In this document: positions 21,817 through 33,028 of the stretch, in pieces
Layout: every line of letters begins with the position of its first letter
Numbering within the stretch: position 1 is the stretch's first letter
From: an uncultured Verrucomicrobiae bacterium
GTDB lineage: Bacteria > Verrucomicrobiota > Verrucomicrobiia > Limisphaerales > BOG-1460
Length of the DNA stretch: 64,000 nt
Direction of reading: 5' to 3'
NCBI GenBank assembly: GCA_963760675.1
Contig: CAVXEG010000015.1
Coordinates: 110,935 to 174,934 of the forward strand
The notes under the pieces: model-generated
What the model was told of the DNA's origin: nothing
Databases searched by the model: none
What the model saw: only the letters and a program-made list of their open reading frames with translations
Translations under genes and position numbers: made by a program

Positions 21817-21923
21817 ATTGAGAGAGAACCTGAGCAGCACGTGAAGTGAAGGTCGCGCGCCTTAGAGGAAGTTCCGTCTTGTTGAATTGAATCCAGCCTT
21901 TGCTTCGGCGCTGCAAGCCGTGT

Positions 21924-22154
21924 TCATTGGCGTTGATTCATGGTCAATTCAAATTGGATGGCGGCCAATTCCGCGCCCGGTTCGTCGTCAACGTGGTCGA
22001 GTTTATCAGCGCGGCGATACCAATAGCGGCTGTTGCCGAGATCGCCCTCAATCTTGTGCAGCACGGCGTGAATCCATGCGGCGATGGCGTCGGCTTCGTA
22101 TTGCTGAACGAGTTTGTGCGAGGCGTCCCATTTGCCGGCGAGAGCCAATTCCAC
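21924..22154 (-). CDS. small conserved hypothetical protein
   Basis: The 76-aa ORF contains WIHAVLHKIEGDLGNSRYWYRRA. I recall this motif from a widespread family of small bacterial proteins of unknown function. Confidence 0.5.
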   Translation of the reverse strand: MELALAGKWDASHKLVQQYEADAIAAWIHAVLHKIEGDLGNSRYWYRRADKLDHVDDEPGAELAAIQFELTMNQRQ

Positions 22155-22184
22155 CCCTCGGATCAGATCATCCTTAAGCGTAAC

Positions 22185-22562
22185 TCATGGCAGATCGTCG
22201 AGCACTTTGCTCAATTCATCTGTGCCGGCGGTGCCCGCAATATAGTGTCCGACGACGCTGCGAAAGCTGTGCGCTTTCACCGGCGGCATTTTCCGCAGCA
22301 AATCCTGAATGAGCGTCCGGCCTATGGCGACGAAGGTGTTTCCGTTGTAGAAACAGAATGGCGCGAGCTTGTGACATTGGCGGCAGATGTCCAAAGTTTC
22401 GCGCAGTGTAAGTTCACATTTGCGGGAAGTTTCCCAAAGTTTTTGCGTGGGTTTGTAACCATCGGAGGCGGGCTTGTGAAGCGCGTTCTTCTTTTTGCAG
22501 AGTCCGGCGTTGATGGTTACGACTGTCTCCCACGGCCAGTCCTGCAACCAGCGCCGCTTCAC
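22185..22562 (-). CDS. hypothetical protein
   Basis: 125-aa ORF with a GTG start, overlapping the upstream ORF stop by 4 nt (GTGA). Has a CRQC motif. No family recognised. Confidence 0.35.
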   Translation of the reverse strand: MKRRWLQDWPWETVVTINAGLCKKKNALHKPASDGYKPTQKLWETSRKCELTLRETLDICRQCHKLAPFCFYNGNTFVAIGRTLIQDLLRKMPPVKAHSFRSVVGHYIAGTAGTDELSKVLDDLP

Positions 22563-22747
22563 TTGGCCCTGGCGGCCTTGCGACGGAGATTCGCTTTAAT
22601 CTTGCTCAACGCAGAGACGCCTTCGCTCTTGAGATGGCCGCGTCCAGTCTTGGCAAACAGCGGTTCGGCTACGAAGCGGTCCTGTATGCGCAAGGCTTCG
22701 CGCATTGCCGCCTGAAGGTTTTTTTGCACCTGACTGGCTGTTGCCAT
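22559..22747 (-). CDS. hypothetical small basic protein
   Basis: 62-aa ORF coupled to 22185..22562. It could also be the N-terminal part of one frameshifted gene. Confidence 0.3.
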   Translation of the reverse strand: MATASQVQKNLQAAMREALRIQDRFVAEPLFAKTGRGHLKSEGVSALSKIKANLRRKAARAK

Positions 22748-22818
22748 GTGGAGAAGTTACCGCGGGAGCTGTGACCGGTCAATACAGCGGTTTCGCAGAC
22801 GTCTCGGCTGACAACATC

Positions 22819-23858
22819 TCACCTCTGAATGCGCGCGGAACCGCCTTTCGCGAACGCACGCACTTGTTCCAGTGTCGCCATGGTCGTGTCGCCCGGGAAA
22901 GTCGTCAACAATGCTCCATGCGCCCAACCCAGGTTCACTGCTTCTTGTGGTGATTCGCCAGTGAGCAGCCCGTAGAAGAATCCCGCTGCATAGCCGTCAC
23001 CGCCGCCGACGCGGTCGTACACGTCCAGTTCGCACGTCGGCGCAGGTGTACGTTTTGCCGTTCGAACCATGCAACCGCGCTCCAACTGTGACGGTTCGTC
23101 GAATGCACCTCGCGCAGAGTTGTCGCGACGATTTTGATGTGTGGATGCTTTTTGGCGACGTTGCCGATCATGCTGAAGAAAGCGCTCGGATCGAGTTTGT
23201 TCTTCGCAGCGACTTCCGGACCGGGAATTCCCAGGCCCATCTGCAAATCCTCCTCGTTGCCGACCAGCACGTCCACGTTCTTCACGATGCGGTCGAGCAC
23301 CGCCACCGCGCGCTCGTGCCCGCCAACGATGTTCCAGAGCTTCGCGCGATAATTCAGATCGAACGAAGTGACGGCTCCGGCCGCTTTCGCCGCTTGCATC
23401 GCCTCGATGATGAGTTCCGCCGTGGTCTGTGACAGCGCGGCGAAAATTCCGCCGCTGTGAAACCAACGCACGCCTTCGGCGAAAATTTCCTTCCAATCGA
23501 AATCGCCCGGCTTGAGCAGCGCGCCGGCTTCATTGCAGCGGTTGTAGAAAACCACCGGCGCGCGCACGCCTTGGCCACGATCGCTGTAAACGGTCGCCAT
23601 GTTTGGCCCGTGAACGCCGTCATGTTTGAAATGTTTGTAGAACGGTTTCACGCCCATCGCGCGCACGCGCTCGGCAATCAAATCGCCGATCGGATAATCC
23701 ACCATCGCCGTGGCGATGCCGGTCTTCATGCGGAAACAATCCGCAAGGTTCGCGGCAACGTTGAATTCGCCGCCGCTCACGTGGATATCGCAGTGCATCG
23801 CTTTGCGAAACGGAACGATGCCAGGGTCCAGCCGATGCACAAGCGCGCCGAGAGACAA
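22819..23858 (-). pseudogene. PfkB-family sugar kinase (2-keto-3-deoxygluconate kinase-like), frameshift near 23045
   Basis: SGGEFNVAANL, FDLNYRAKLW, and the C-terminal DRVGGGDGYAAGFFYGLL (PfkB signature) in a second frame (ORF 22819..23496). The N-terminus may also be shifted: MSNGLNI at ~23900 lies in another frame. Confidence 0.7.
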
Positions 23859-24047
23859 GAAATCCAGCGCGCCTTCCTTCGCGAATATTCAGACCGTTGC
23901 TCATTTCATTTCCTTTCGATTGATGATTACCTGCCGCGGGCCAATTCGACGCCGTCGCATGCAAAATAGGAACTTTCTTTGCTTCAATCAAGTTGCGCCG
24001 CGTGACCAAATTCGATTTGATTTGTCATTCCTTTGAGCGTTGGCTCA

Positions 24048-25154
24048 ATGCGCATGAACAAACAGAAAGGAAATCGTTCCGAATCTCCTGATGCTGCGGA
24101 CGCGGGCGCGCCGGAGATCCTGGAACAACTGGTTCAAAAAGCGGAACGCGCTGGCGCGAGCGACATTCATCTTCTCATGCGTGGCAACTCTGCTGATGTT
24201 GCGTTTCGGCTCGACGGCGTAATCGCGCCCATCGATTCATTGCCCGTTGGGATCGCCGAACGCGTATTCGGGCGAATCAAATTTCTTGCTCGCCTCAAAA
24301 CGTATCAGGAATCACTGCCCCAGGATGGCCGGATTGACCGCGCGGAACTCGGAGCGCAAAACGATATTCGCGTCGCGACGTATCCCACCGTCACCGGCGA
24401 GAAGATCGTCTTGCGACTTTTCAGTTCCACCACCGCCAAGGCGCTCAATGAGCTTGCGCTGCCGGATTCGGCCCGCAATGAAATCGAAGCCTTCCTGGCC
24501 CAGACAAGTGGCTTGATGCTGCTCACCGGGCCGGCTGGCAGCGGGAAGACCACGACGATTTATGCCTGCCTCCACAGGCTCGCCGAAATGGGCGGACGCC
24601 ACATCATCACAGTTGAAGACCCAGCGGAGCAAATCGTTCCCGGCATCATGCAGACCGAAATCAACGAAGCTCGCGGGCTCGACTTCGCGAAGGCCGCGCG
24701 TCATCTGCTTCGGCAGGACCCGCAGGTACTCGTTATTGGCGAAATCCGTGACGATGAGACCGCAAATATTGCCGTGCGCGCGGCATTAACTGGACATCTC
24801 GTCATCTCTACGTTGCACGCCGGTTCCTGCAAAGGAGTCTTCGAGCGCCTGCTCGTGATGAGCAGTGATCATTCCGCCGTCGCATCCTCATTGGAACTCG
24901 TGCTGAACCAGCGCCTCGTTCGCAAATTTTGCACCGAGTGCGCCGGAAAAAGTTGTGACGCTTGTCTGCGGACCGGCTACCGCGGTCGATTACCTGTTCT
25001 GGAGTGGTTGAGGGTCAACGACGAATTGCGCCGAAGCATCACGCATCACGATCTCACCACGGTTGCCGCCAAACCTTCTTTGGCCGAGCATGCGCACGCT
25101 CTCGTTGAAGCTGGTCTCACCAGCGAAGCGGAAATTCGTAGAGTCCTGGGGTGA
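24048..25154 (+). CDS. GspE/PilB-family secretion ATPase (short form, no N-terminal domains)
   Basis: Walker A GPAGSGKTT, Asp box, VLVIGEIRD, and the tetracysteine CTECAGKSCDAC typical of GspE/PilB. Confidence 0.85.
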   Translation: MRMNKQKGNRSESPDAADAGAPEILEQLVQKAERAGASDIHLLMRGNSADVAFRLDGVIAPIDSLPVGIAERVFGRIKFLARLKTYQESLPQDGRIDRAELGAQNDIRVATYPTVTGEKIVLRLFSSTTAKALNELALPDSARNEIEAFLAQTSGLMLLTGPAGSGKTTTIYACLHRLAEMGGRHIITVEDPAEQIVPGIMQTEINEARGLDFAKAARHLLRQDPQVLVIGEIRDDETANIAVRAALTGHLVISTLHAGSCKGVFERLLVMSSDHSAVASSLELVLNQRLVRKFCTECAGKSCDACLRTGYRGRLPVLEWLRVNDELRRSITHHDLTTVAAKPSLAEHAHALVEAGLTSEAEIRRVLG

Positions 25155-25210
25155 AACACAGCGTGAGCCTTCGCCCGTTGCTCTGTCCAATCTTCTGGCG
25201 GTGAAAGTCT

Positions 25211-26182
25211 ATGAACTACGACGAGCTGGCTTTCTTCAATCAACAACTGGCAGCGATGCTGCGCGATGGCATTCCGCTCGAAGGCGCGCTTAGGGAATTG
25301 TGCGCGGGCATGAAGACCGGTCCATTGCGCAGCGAGATGATGCAACTCGAGTCCGACCTGTCACGCGGCGTACCGCTCAACGAAGCACTCGCCCGCCGCT
25401 CACTGCCGGAGTTTTATCTGCGCATGGTTGACGTGGGAGCGCGAACCAATGATTTGCCCGGCATTCTCACGCTACTCGCCGATTATTATCAACGCGCCAG
25501 CAATGTGTGGCACCGCCTCAAGGGATTGATGGTTTATCCGTTTCTCGTGCTGCTCGTTTCACTTGGGTTCACGCTGATCGTTTCCGTGTTCGCTAAAAAA
25601 TTCGTCGCCGTCGTCGCATCAGATTGGCTGCGAACTCCGCCACTGCTCCTGATGGCCGTTTGGATTCCGCCATTGCTCATTGGCTTGCTGCTCGCCTTGG
25701 GTCTGGCGGGGGTAAGCATTCCGAGTTGGCGCGCGCGCATTCGCTGGCGCCTGCCCGCCTTTCGCGAGGCAAGTCTCGCGCAGCTTGCGTCCGCGATGTC
25801 GCTGATGCTGAAGAGCGGAACGACTTTTCCGGAAGCGCTCACGCTCGCGTCAGCGGTTGAATCGAATTCGCCCGCCGGCGCGGCTCTGGCCCAATGGCGT
25901 TCGCTCATCGCGTCCGGACAGGGCAAACCCGAGCAATGGCCGCAGACACTTTATCCGTTCCCACCGATGTTCCTCTGGCTCGTCCGCAAAGGCGGTGAAG
26001 ACCTTGCGGCCGGATTTCAAAAGGCCGCTGACATTTATCAATCGCGCGCTTCGTATCGCATCGAACTGGCGCTTTACGGCGCGCTTCCAATTTCCGTGTT
26101 GCTGCTGGGCCAAATGATCATCTGGCAGGTCGTGCCGCTCTTCCGGACCCTGATTCAGATGATGAACATGCTCGGCTCTTGA
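25211..26182 (+). CDS. GspF/PilC-family platform protein
   Basis: Two T2SSF-like halves (GIPLEGALREL..., GTTFPEALTLAS...) and 3 TM segments. Confidence 0.8.
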   Translation: MNYDELAFFNQQLAAMLRDGIPLEGALRELCAGMKTGPLRSEMMQLESDLSRGVPLNEALARRSLPEFYLRMVDVGARTNDLPGILTLLADYYQRASNVWHRLKGLMVYPFLVLLVSLGFTLIVSVFAKKFVAVVASDWLRTPPLLLMAVWIPPLLIGLLLALGLAGVSIPSWRARIRWRLPAFREASLAQLASAMSLMLKSGTTFPEALTLASAVESNSPAGAALAQWRSLIASGQGKPEQWPQTLYPFPPMFLWLVRKGGEDLAAGFQKAADIYQSRASYRIELALYGALPISVLLLGQMIIWQVVPLFRTLIQMMNMLGS

Positions 26183-26184
26183 AT

Positions 26185-27363
26185 ATGGACGCACCCGATT
26201 CCCAACCACTGTTCGTCGCTGCTCAATTATTGTTGTTGCTGATTTCCTGTGTGAGCGCGCTGGCCATCGAATGCGCTGTCGTTTACGCGCTTTACTTTCT
26301 GATCACGCTCCCAATGCGCCGCAACGAACGAACGCGCATTTTTTTAGATTGCCTGGAACTCGGCCTGAATGAGGGGAAAACTCCCGAAACGGCAATCATT
26401 GATGCAGCGAACAGCAGAGACCCTTCTCTTGGTGCGCGCTTTCATTTGCTGGCAGCGCATCTGCAAAACGGATCACGACTCGGCGCTGGGCTCGGAAAAG
26501 TCCGGCGGCTTCTTCCGCCGCAAGTCACCGCCATGCTCGAAGCCGGCGAACGCATCGGCGACGCAGCCAAAGTGCTGCCCGCATGCAGGCGGCTCGTCGG
26601 CGACGGCACTTCGCAAACGCGCGGCGCGCTCAATTACCTGCTCATTCTGGCGCTGGTCGTTTCACCGGCTGCAATAATAGTTCCGCTGATGTTGTTTGTG
26701 CTGGTGATTCCGAAATTCAAAGAAGTCTTCTCTGGAATGATGGACGGTGCTCAATTGCCCGTGTTTACCGTCGCGTTTCTCGAAAGCAGCAGGATTATCA
26801 TGGCCGTCCAAATTGCAGTGATTGCTTTCACGTGGCTTCTGATGTTTTCCTACATCGGCGGACCGCGGTTCTACGGCTGGTCGCGCCGGTTGCTTCCGGG
26901 AATTCCTGACTGGATCCATTTTCATCTGCCCTGGCGGCGCAAACGCCTGCAGCGCGATTTCTCCGCGATGCTCGCCGTGCTGCTCGACTCCGGCGTGCCT
27001 GAAAGCGAAGCGGTTGTCCTCGCAGGCGAATGCACCGCGAATTCCATTGTGCGCCGCCGCGTTGATAATATTCGTGCGCGCCTCAGCAGTGGAGTAAAGC
27101 TGCCGGATGCCATCCGCGCATTGGACGATTCCGGAGAATTGCAGTGGCGCCTCGCAAACGCGCTCCGCCGCGGGCGCGACTTTCTTTCTGCGCTCGCCGG
27201 CTGGCATGAATCGCTCGACGCGAAGGCATTTCAGCAGGAGCAAGCGGCAGCGCAACTCACCACGACCGCACTCGTCCTCTTCAACGGCGCAATTGTGGCG
27301 TGCGTATTCATTGGAATGTTTCTGCCTCTCATCAGCCTGATTCAGGCAATGACACTATGGTAA
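26185..27363 (+). CDS. second GspF/PilC-family platform protein paralog
   Basis: Two T2SSF-like halves (MLEAGERIGDAAKVL, LLDSGVPESEAVVLAG) and TM segments. Its start overlaps the stop of the preceding gene. Confidence 0.75.
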   Translation: MDAPDSQPLFVAAQLLLLLISCVSALAIECAVVYALYFLITLPMRRNERTRIFLDCLELGLNEGKTPETAIIDAANSRDPSLGARFHLLAAHLQNGSRLGAGLGKVRRLLPPQVTAMLEAGERIGDAAKVLPACRRLVGDGTSQTRGALNYLLILALVVSPAAIIVPLMLFVLVIPKFKEVFSGMMDGAQLPVFTVAFLESSRIIMAVQIAVIAFTWLLMFSYIGGPRFYGWSRRLLPGIPDWIHFHLPWRRKRLQRDFSAMLAVLLDSGVPESEAVVLAGECTANSIVRRRVDNIRARLSSGVKLPDAIRALDDSGELQWRLANALRRGRDFLSALAGWHESLDAKAFQQEQAAAQLTTTALVLFNGAIVACVFIGMFLPLISLIQAMTLW

Positions 27364-27734
27364 TTCCGGCCCACAATAATGCGCGCACCCGGGGTTCGTT
27401 GATGATCGAACTGGCCATCGGGACCGCCATCTTGCTAGGCACGCTGCTGCCCATTGCGTATTCGCTGGCTTCTGAAAAACGCCTGGCGCGGATGTATTAC
27501 GATCGAGCCGTCGCCATGGAAATTGTCGATGGCGAAATGGAAGTGATCGCCGCTGGAGGCTGGCGCGCGTTCGGAACCGGCGCACAAAACTATTCCGTCC
27601 ATGCGGTAGCGGCAACCAATCTGCCGCAAGGCCAGTTCACGCTCACAATTCAAACGAACAAAATCCGCCTCGAATGGAAGCCGGCGATGAAACATTACGG
27701 CGGCCCGGTGGCGCGCGAGGTGGAATTCAAATGA
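27357..27734 (+). CDS. pseudopilin-like protein
   Basis: The N-terminus RGSLMIELAIGTAILLGTLL resembles a prepilin cleavage/methylation segment. The ATG overlaps the upstream stop (ATGGTAA). Confidence 0.55.
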   Translation: MVIPAHNNARTRGSLMIELAIGTAILLGTLLPIAYSLASEKRLARMYYDRAVAMEIVDGEMEVIAAGGWRAFGTGAQNYSVHAVAATNLPQGQFTLTIQTNKIRLEWKPAMKHYGGPVAREVEFK

Positions 27735-28243
27735 AAGCCAATCAGAAATTCCGCAGCTCGCACAGCCGAATCGACGCATTTACGCTGATCGAAATGCTCG
27801 TTTACATGGGCGTGATGGTCATCGTTCTTGGGATCGCGTATGCGGCGACGTATCGGAGCATGGATGCTTCCGCGGCACTGCGGCGGAACGCGAACGACAT
27901 CTCGCGTGCGCTGGGAGCGGGCGAGCGATGGCGCGCCGACATGCGTAACGCCAAGAGCCCACCGCAAATCGAAACCCTCGGCGCTGAAACGATCCTCCAC
28001 ATGCCCCAACCGAACGGCGAGATTGCCTACCGTTTCACCAGCAACTCCATCTTGCGGCGCGTTCAACCCGGTCCTTGGGCGGTCATTTTGCGCGATGTTC
28101 AGAACTCCGCAATGCTCGCGGATCGGCGCGACAACGTCACTGCCTGGCGCTGGGAACTCGAACTGCAAACGTCCCGCAAAGCAATCACGCGCACACGTCC
28201 GTTGTTTACGTTCATTTCTGTTCCGGTCAAAGCAAACAGATGA
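27731..28243 (+). CDS. prepilin-type N-terminal cleavage/methylation domain protein (pseudopilin)
   Basis: DAFTLIEMLVYMGVMVIVLG is canonical. ATGA overlap with the upstream gene. Confidence 0.75.
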   Translation: MKANQKFRSSHSRIDAFTLIEMLVYMGVMVIVLGIAYAATYRSMDASAALRRNANDISRALGAGERWRADMRNAKSPPQIETLGAETILHMPQPNGEIAYRFTSNSILRRVQPGPWAVILRDVQNSAMLADRRDNVTAWRWELELQTSRKAITRTRPLFTFISVPVKANR

Positions 28244-28515
28244 AAACCTCTGTCTCCTATTTGCCTCGTGCGGCACAACACAACCGCGGCGGCATGGCAA
28301 CCATTGTGATCATGGCGCTCCTGGCGTTGGTGCTCCTGCTTGTGACGGCAAATATTCGCGCTCTTTCGACGCTCGGCCGTGAACTGAAGTTCATTGATAA
28401 GAAACAAACCGAGCGCTGGAAGACTCAGAAAGTGCCGAATGCTTCGGCCCAAGCCGCAGTTTCGGATTCAACAAACGCTCCCGCGGCGGCGCCCTCAGCA
28501 CAGCGTGCCCGCTGA
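28240..28515 (+). CDS. small single-TM protein of the pilus/secretion operon
   Basis: MKTSVSYLPRAAQHNRGGMATIVIMALLALVLLLV. ATGA overlap with the upstream pseudopilin. Confidence 0.5.
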   Translation: MKTSVSYLPRAAQHNRGGMATIVIMALLALVLLLVTANIRALSTLGRELKFIDKKQTERWKTQKVPNASAQAAVSDSTNAPAAAPSAQRAR

Positions 28516-28526
28516 ATTCGGATGCC

Positions 28527-28813
28527 ATGGATCGCATCACCGTCATTCACAGATCTCTTTTGGTGTTCATCTGCGCCATCGCCAGCCTGATTCCTCTCGT
28601 TGGAATTCTGCCAGCCGCTTTCGCGCTGGGCATGTCCGCGCGCATTCACCGACGCAATCGCGGTTGGAATCCCGCCGCGGCTTACCTGGTCTGGGGGATC
28701 GCCTGGCGGTCTTCGGTATTTTAATTTCGGGAATCACACTGCTATCGATCGCAATTGCGATGATTTCGAACCAAAGCGGTTCGAACAGTCGCGATTTCGG
28801 TTTGTGGGACTGA
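28527..28813 (+). pseudogene. small membrane protein, possible frameshift near 28700
   Basis: ORF 28527..28724 (two TM helices) appears to continue in the frame of ORF 28394..28813 (LAVFGILISGITLLSIAIAMI). Confidence 0.3.
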
Positions 28814-28864
28814 CTTTCCGCTTTTTCTTTCGAAGACTGCGCTCTACCCTCCGTCGCGTTCAGA

Positions 28865-30279
28865 ATGGCTCTAAAGTTTTTCAACACATTGTCGCGCTCG
28901 GTGCAGGAATTTGTCCCACTTGATCCCGCCGGGAAAAACGTGGGGATGTACTGCTGTGGGCCGACGGTTTATGATTTCGCGCACATCGGCAACTGGCGCA
29001 CATTTGTCTTTGCTGATCTCGTCCGGCGGTACCTGGAATTCAAAGGCTGCGACGTGAAGCATGTGATGAACATCACGGACGTGGAGGACAAAATCATCCA
29101 GCGCGTCCGCGAGACAAAAACTTCCGCTGCGGGAGTTCACGGGCAAATACGAGGCTGCGTTTTTTGACGACCTGAAAACGCTGAACTGCCGCGCGCCGCA
29201 TGTCACGCCACGCGCCACAGAACATATTCCGGAAATTATTTCGCTCATTGAAAAGCTCATCACGCGGGGCGTCGCCTACAAGACGAGCGATGGTTCGGTT
29301 TATTTTTCAATCGAGAAGTATCGCGGCTGCGGCTGCAATTACGGGCAGTTGGTGAAATTGAATTTCGATGAGCTGCGCGTGGGTGAACGCGTGGCAGCCG
29401 ACGAATACGACAAGGAATCGCTTGCCGATTTCGCGCTCTGGAAGGCGCGAGTGCCCGAGGACGGAGAAGTCTTCTGGCCGAGTCCTTGGGGCGAAGGCCG
29501 GCCCGGATGGCATATCGAGTGTTCGGCAATGAGCATGAAGGTGCTCGGCGAGAGTTTCGATCTGCATCTTGGTGGCGAGGATTTGAAATTCCCGCATCAC
29601 GAGGACGAAATCGCGCAAAGCGAAGGCGCGACCGGCAGGCCGTTCGTGAAACACTGGATGCACGGCGCATTCCTTCTCGTCGAAGGCAGAAAGATGAGCA
29701 AGTCGCTTGGAAACTTTTTTACGCTGCGCGATTTGCTCGCGAAAGGATTCACCGGACGCGAAATCCGTTACCTTCTTCTTCAGGCTCATTACCGCGAGAC
29801 GTTCAATTTCACGATGGAAGGATTGCAGGGCGCGCGACAGGCCCTCGCGCGGATTGATGAATGCATCGGAAAATTGCGGGAGATCGGGTCCACAGTCGCA
29901 CAGTCCAGAGTCCACAGTCGGGCAGCATGCTTCAGCGAGTTTACTGAAGCGCTTGACGACGACTTGAACATTTCAGCGGCATGGGCAGTTGTGTTTGACT
30001 GGGTGCGCGAAACGAACAAACGCATGGCAGAGAATTTCTTGCCACCAGCCGACGCGGCGGCGGCGTTGGCCACGTGGGAGAAAATGGATTCCGTGCTGGG
30101 CATCGGCACGGCTGCGGATGTGCGAAGCTCCGGCGAGAAATTATCACACTGCTCGAATCGCGCCAGGCGGCACGCAAGGCGAAGGATTTCAAACGCGCCG
30201 ATGCGATTCGCGACGAGTTGAAAGCCAAAGGTTGGATCATCGAAGACACGCCGAAAGGCCCGAAGCTGAAGAAGTCTGA
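28865..30279 (+). pseudogene. cysS: cysteine--tRNA ligase, at least 2 frameshifts as assembled
   Basis: [13 protein letters not shown] (HIGH), RPGWHIECSAM, KMSKSLGN (KMSKS). Removing one A from the A5 run at 29116-29120 restores ...[23 protein letters not shown] second shift lies at ~30125. The 3' end is uncertain because the final frame has no stop before tmk. Confidence 0.8.
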
Positions 30280-30349
30280 AGCGGCAGAAATCGATGACCG
30301 CCGACCCAAGTCACCGGCGCTCGTGCAAAGTCGATCTCGCTATCCAACA

Positions 30350-31003
<654 letters not shown>

Positions 31004-31065
31004 ATTCACCAGCCGCAAGCGCTTGCTGAAATTCTACCGTTCGTTATCTTCTCAGCAGAAACTAA

Positions 31066-31398
31066 ATGATCGAGGACACCGTCAGCAAAATTGAGGCGAA
31101 GATCCAGGCATCGGACTCCATCAAAGACGAGCGCAAGCGCGAGTTGCTACAGTTGCTCGGAACGCTCAAATCTGAAATCGGCGTGTTGTCAAAAACGCAT
31201 GGCGATCAGGCTCAGAGCATCGCGGGCTTCGCGGAAGTCTCGACACACGAAGCGACACGCGCCGAGCAAAATCCAGAGTTGCTCGACCTGTCGCTCAAAG
31301 GACTTTCCTCATCGGTCGAAGGATTCGAGAAATCGCATCCGCAACTCGTCAGAATCGTCAATGCCATCAGCAACACCCTGTCGAATTTGGGGATTTAA
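31066..31398 (+). CDS. DUF4404-like small protein
   Basis: 110 aa ending HPQLVRIVNAISNTLSNLGI, which matches my recollection of the DUF4404 C-terminus. Confidence 0.6.
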   Translation: MIEDTVSKIEAKIQASDSIKDERKRELLQLLGTLKSEIGVLSKTHGDQAQSIAGFAEVSTHEATRAEQNPELLDLSLKGLSSSVEGFEKSHPQLVRIVNAISNTLSNLGI

Positions 31399-31439
31399 AG
31401 CATTTACGATTGAAGGTTCCGCAGCGCGTAGTCCGTAAA

Positions 31440-32150
31440 TCACGGAAAGCTGGCCTTGTCCTCATACGGCTCCAGCTTCGCAATCGCCGCCATGATTTCA
31501 TCCGCCACCTGCTGATAAATTTCTTTTAGCCGCGCCTTGGAGCAGGTTTTTGCCTCGGCACGAAGGGCGTCGAAGTTCAACGGGTTTCCATATTTCACGG
31601 CGATCGCGCCGAGGCCGCGGAATTTTGATGTGGCGCCCATAGGCTTCGTAAGTTCCAAATACCCGGACGGGAATCACCACCGCGCTTGACTTGATAACGG
31701 TCAATCCGATGCCCGAACGCGCAGGCTGAAGTTTACCGTCACTCGTTCGCGTTCCTTCGGGAAACAGAATAATCCCGCCGCCGGCCAGCAAACGATCCAG
31801 AATCGTCTTCAGTCCCTCGGCTCCCCCACCCTCCCGATCAACTGGAACGGAATTCCAACTTCGAAGCAGCCACCCGATGCCGGGAAAGCGAAACAGACTT
31901 TCACGCGCGAGATAATTGATGTCGCGTTTCAAACCGGCCCCGACCAGCGGGGGATCAAGAAAGCTCGCGTGGTTCGATGCGAGAATCACCGGACCCGGTC
32001 CAACGGAACTCGCTCGGGATTGAAGACGTGCCAGCGAAAATATGTGGCATATAATGCGCGGAACGAAATCCAGCCGAGACGGTAGGACAAATTCATTTCA
32101 GCAATAGAGACGCAAACGAACGAGCTCGGACTTGAAGCCTTGTTGTTCAT
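31440..32150 (-). pseudogene. plsC: 1-acyl-sn-glycerol-3-phosphate acyltransferase, 2 frameshifts as assembled
   Basis: NHASFLDP (HX4D variant) and FPEGTRT motifs. The pieces lie in ORFs 31986..32810 (tail), 31498..31989 and 31440..31658. A candidate ATG at 32150 overlaps the corrected cmk stop (ATGA). Confidence 0.7.
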
Positions 32151-32810
32151 CTGCCGACCAAGCGTTTCCGAATGTCCTGAATCAGCATTTCGCTCGTCTG
32201 CACGCGAAGTCATCTTCGAGTTATCAATCACTTTCGCACCCAGCGCAATCATCAGCGGCGCGGCGGCACGCTGGCTGTCGCGCTGATCGCGTTCGGCTAG
32301 ATTTTCGTGAACGCCTTCGGACGCCCGACGCTTGGCACGCTCTTCGAGATGCGCGTCGAGGTAATACTTGAAATCCGTTTCGGGAAAAACATTCGTGCCG
32401 ATGTCGCGGCCTTCCATCACGAGATCGCCGAACTGAATGCACTCGCGCTGCGTTTTCTTCATCCAATCGCGCACCTTCGGAATCGCAGCAACATGCGGCA
32501 CGGCAGCGGCGGTTTCCGGCGTGCGGATTTCCTGCTCCGGGAAATAGCCGTCCACGAGCAATCGGACATAGCGCAAACCGTCCTTTTCAGCGCATTCCAA
32601 TTTCGTTTTCCATCGTCGGCACGCGTTGGCGACGGCTTTCGCATCGTGAACGTCAATTCGATTCTTCACGCAATGCCAGGCGAGCGTGCGATACATCGCG
32701 CCGGTATCCACATGAACAAAACCCAGCGCGCGAGCAACCAGCTTCGAGTTCGTGCTCTTGCCGCTGGCACTGGTGCCGTCAATCGCTATGACAATTGGAT
32801 GCTTTTTCAA
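32147..32810 (-). pseudogene. cmk: cytidylate kinase, frameshift near 32200
   Basis: IAIDGTSASGKST P-loop and HVDTGAMYR. After ...VIDNSKMT a 1-nt shift gives the plausible end QTSEMLIQDIRKRLVGR-stop at 32147, instead of read-through into plsC. Confidence 0.75.
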
Positions 32811-33028
32811 AGCGTTAAATCGTTGAACCGTTACATCGTTGCATCGGTGTCGCTGTCTCGCGTGCCGCTTTGTAAGCGTCGATATCTTCGAAGGTCTGAA
32901 AGGCCGGTTTTGTCTTCCATGCTTTCCGATTTAACGGTTTAACGATTCAACGATGTAACGTCTTCACTCCGCAAACAACTCTTCCTGCGACAGCTTGCGT
33001 CCGGTTCTTCCATCTAGAATTGTCGCAC

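Noticed and set aside
22185-22747. Possible tyrosine-recombinase remnant, suggested by HSFRSVVGHYIAG resembling the HxxR box.
   Set aside because: The protein is too short, the other catalytic boxes (R, K, the terminal Y region) are not identifiable, and there is no adjacent att or tRNA context.
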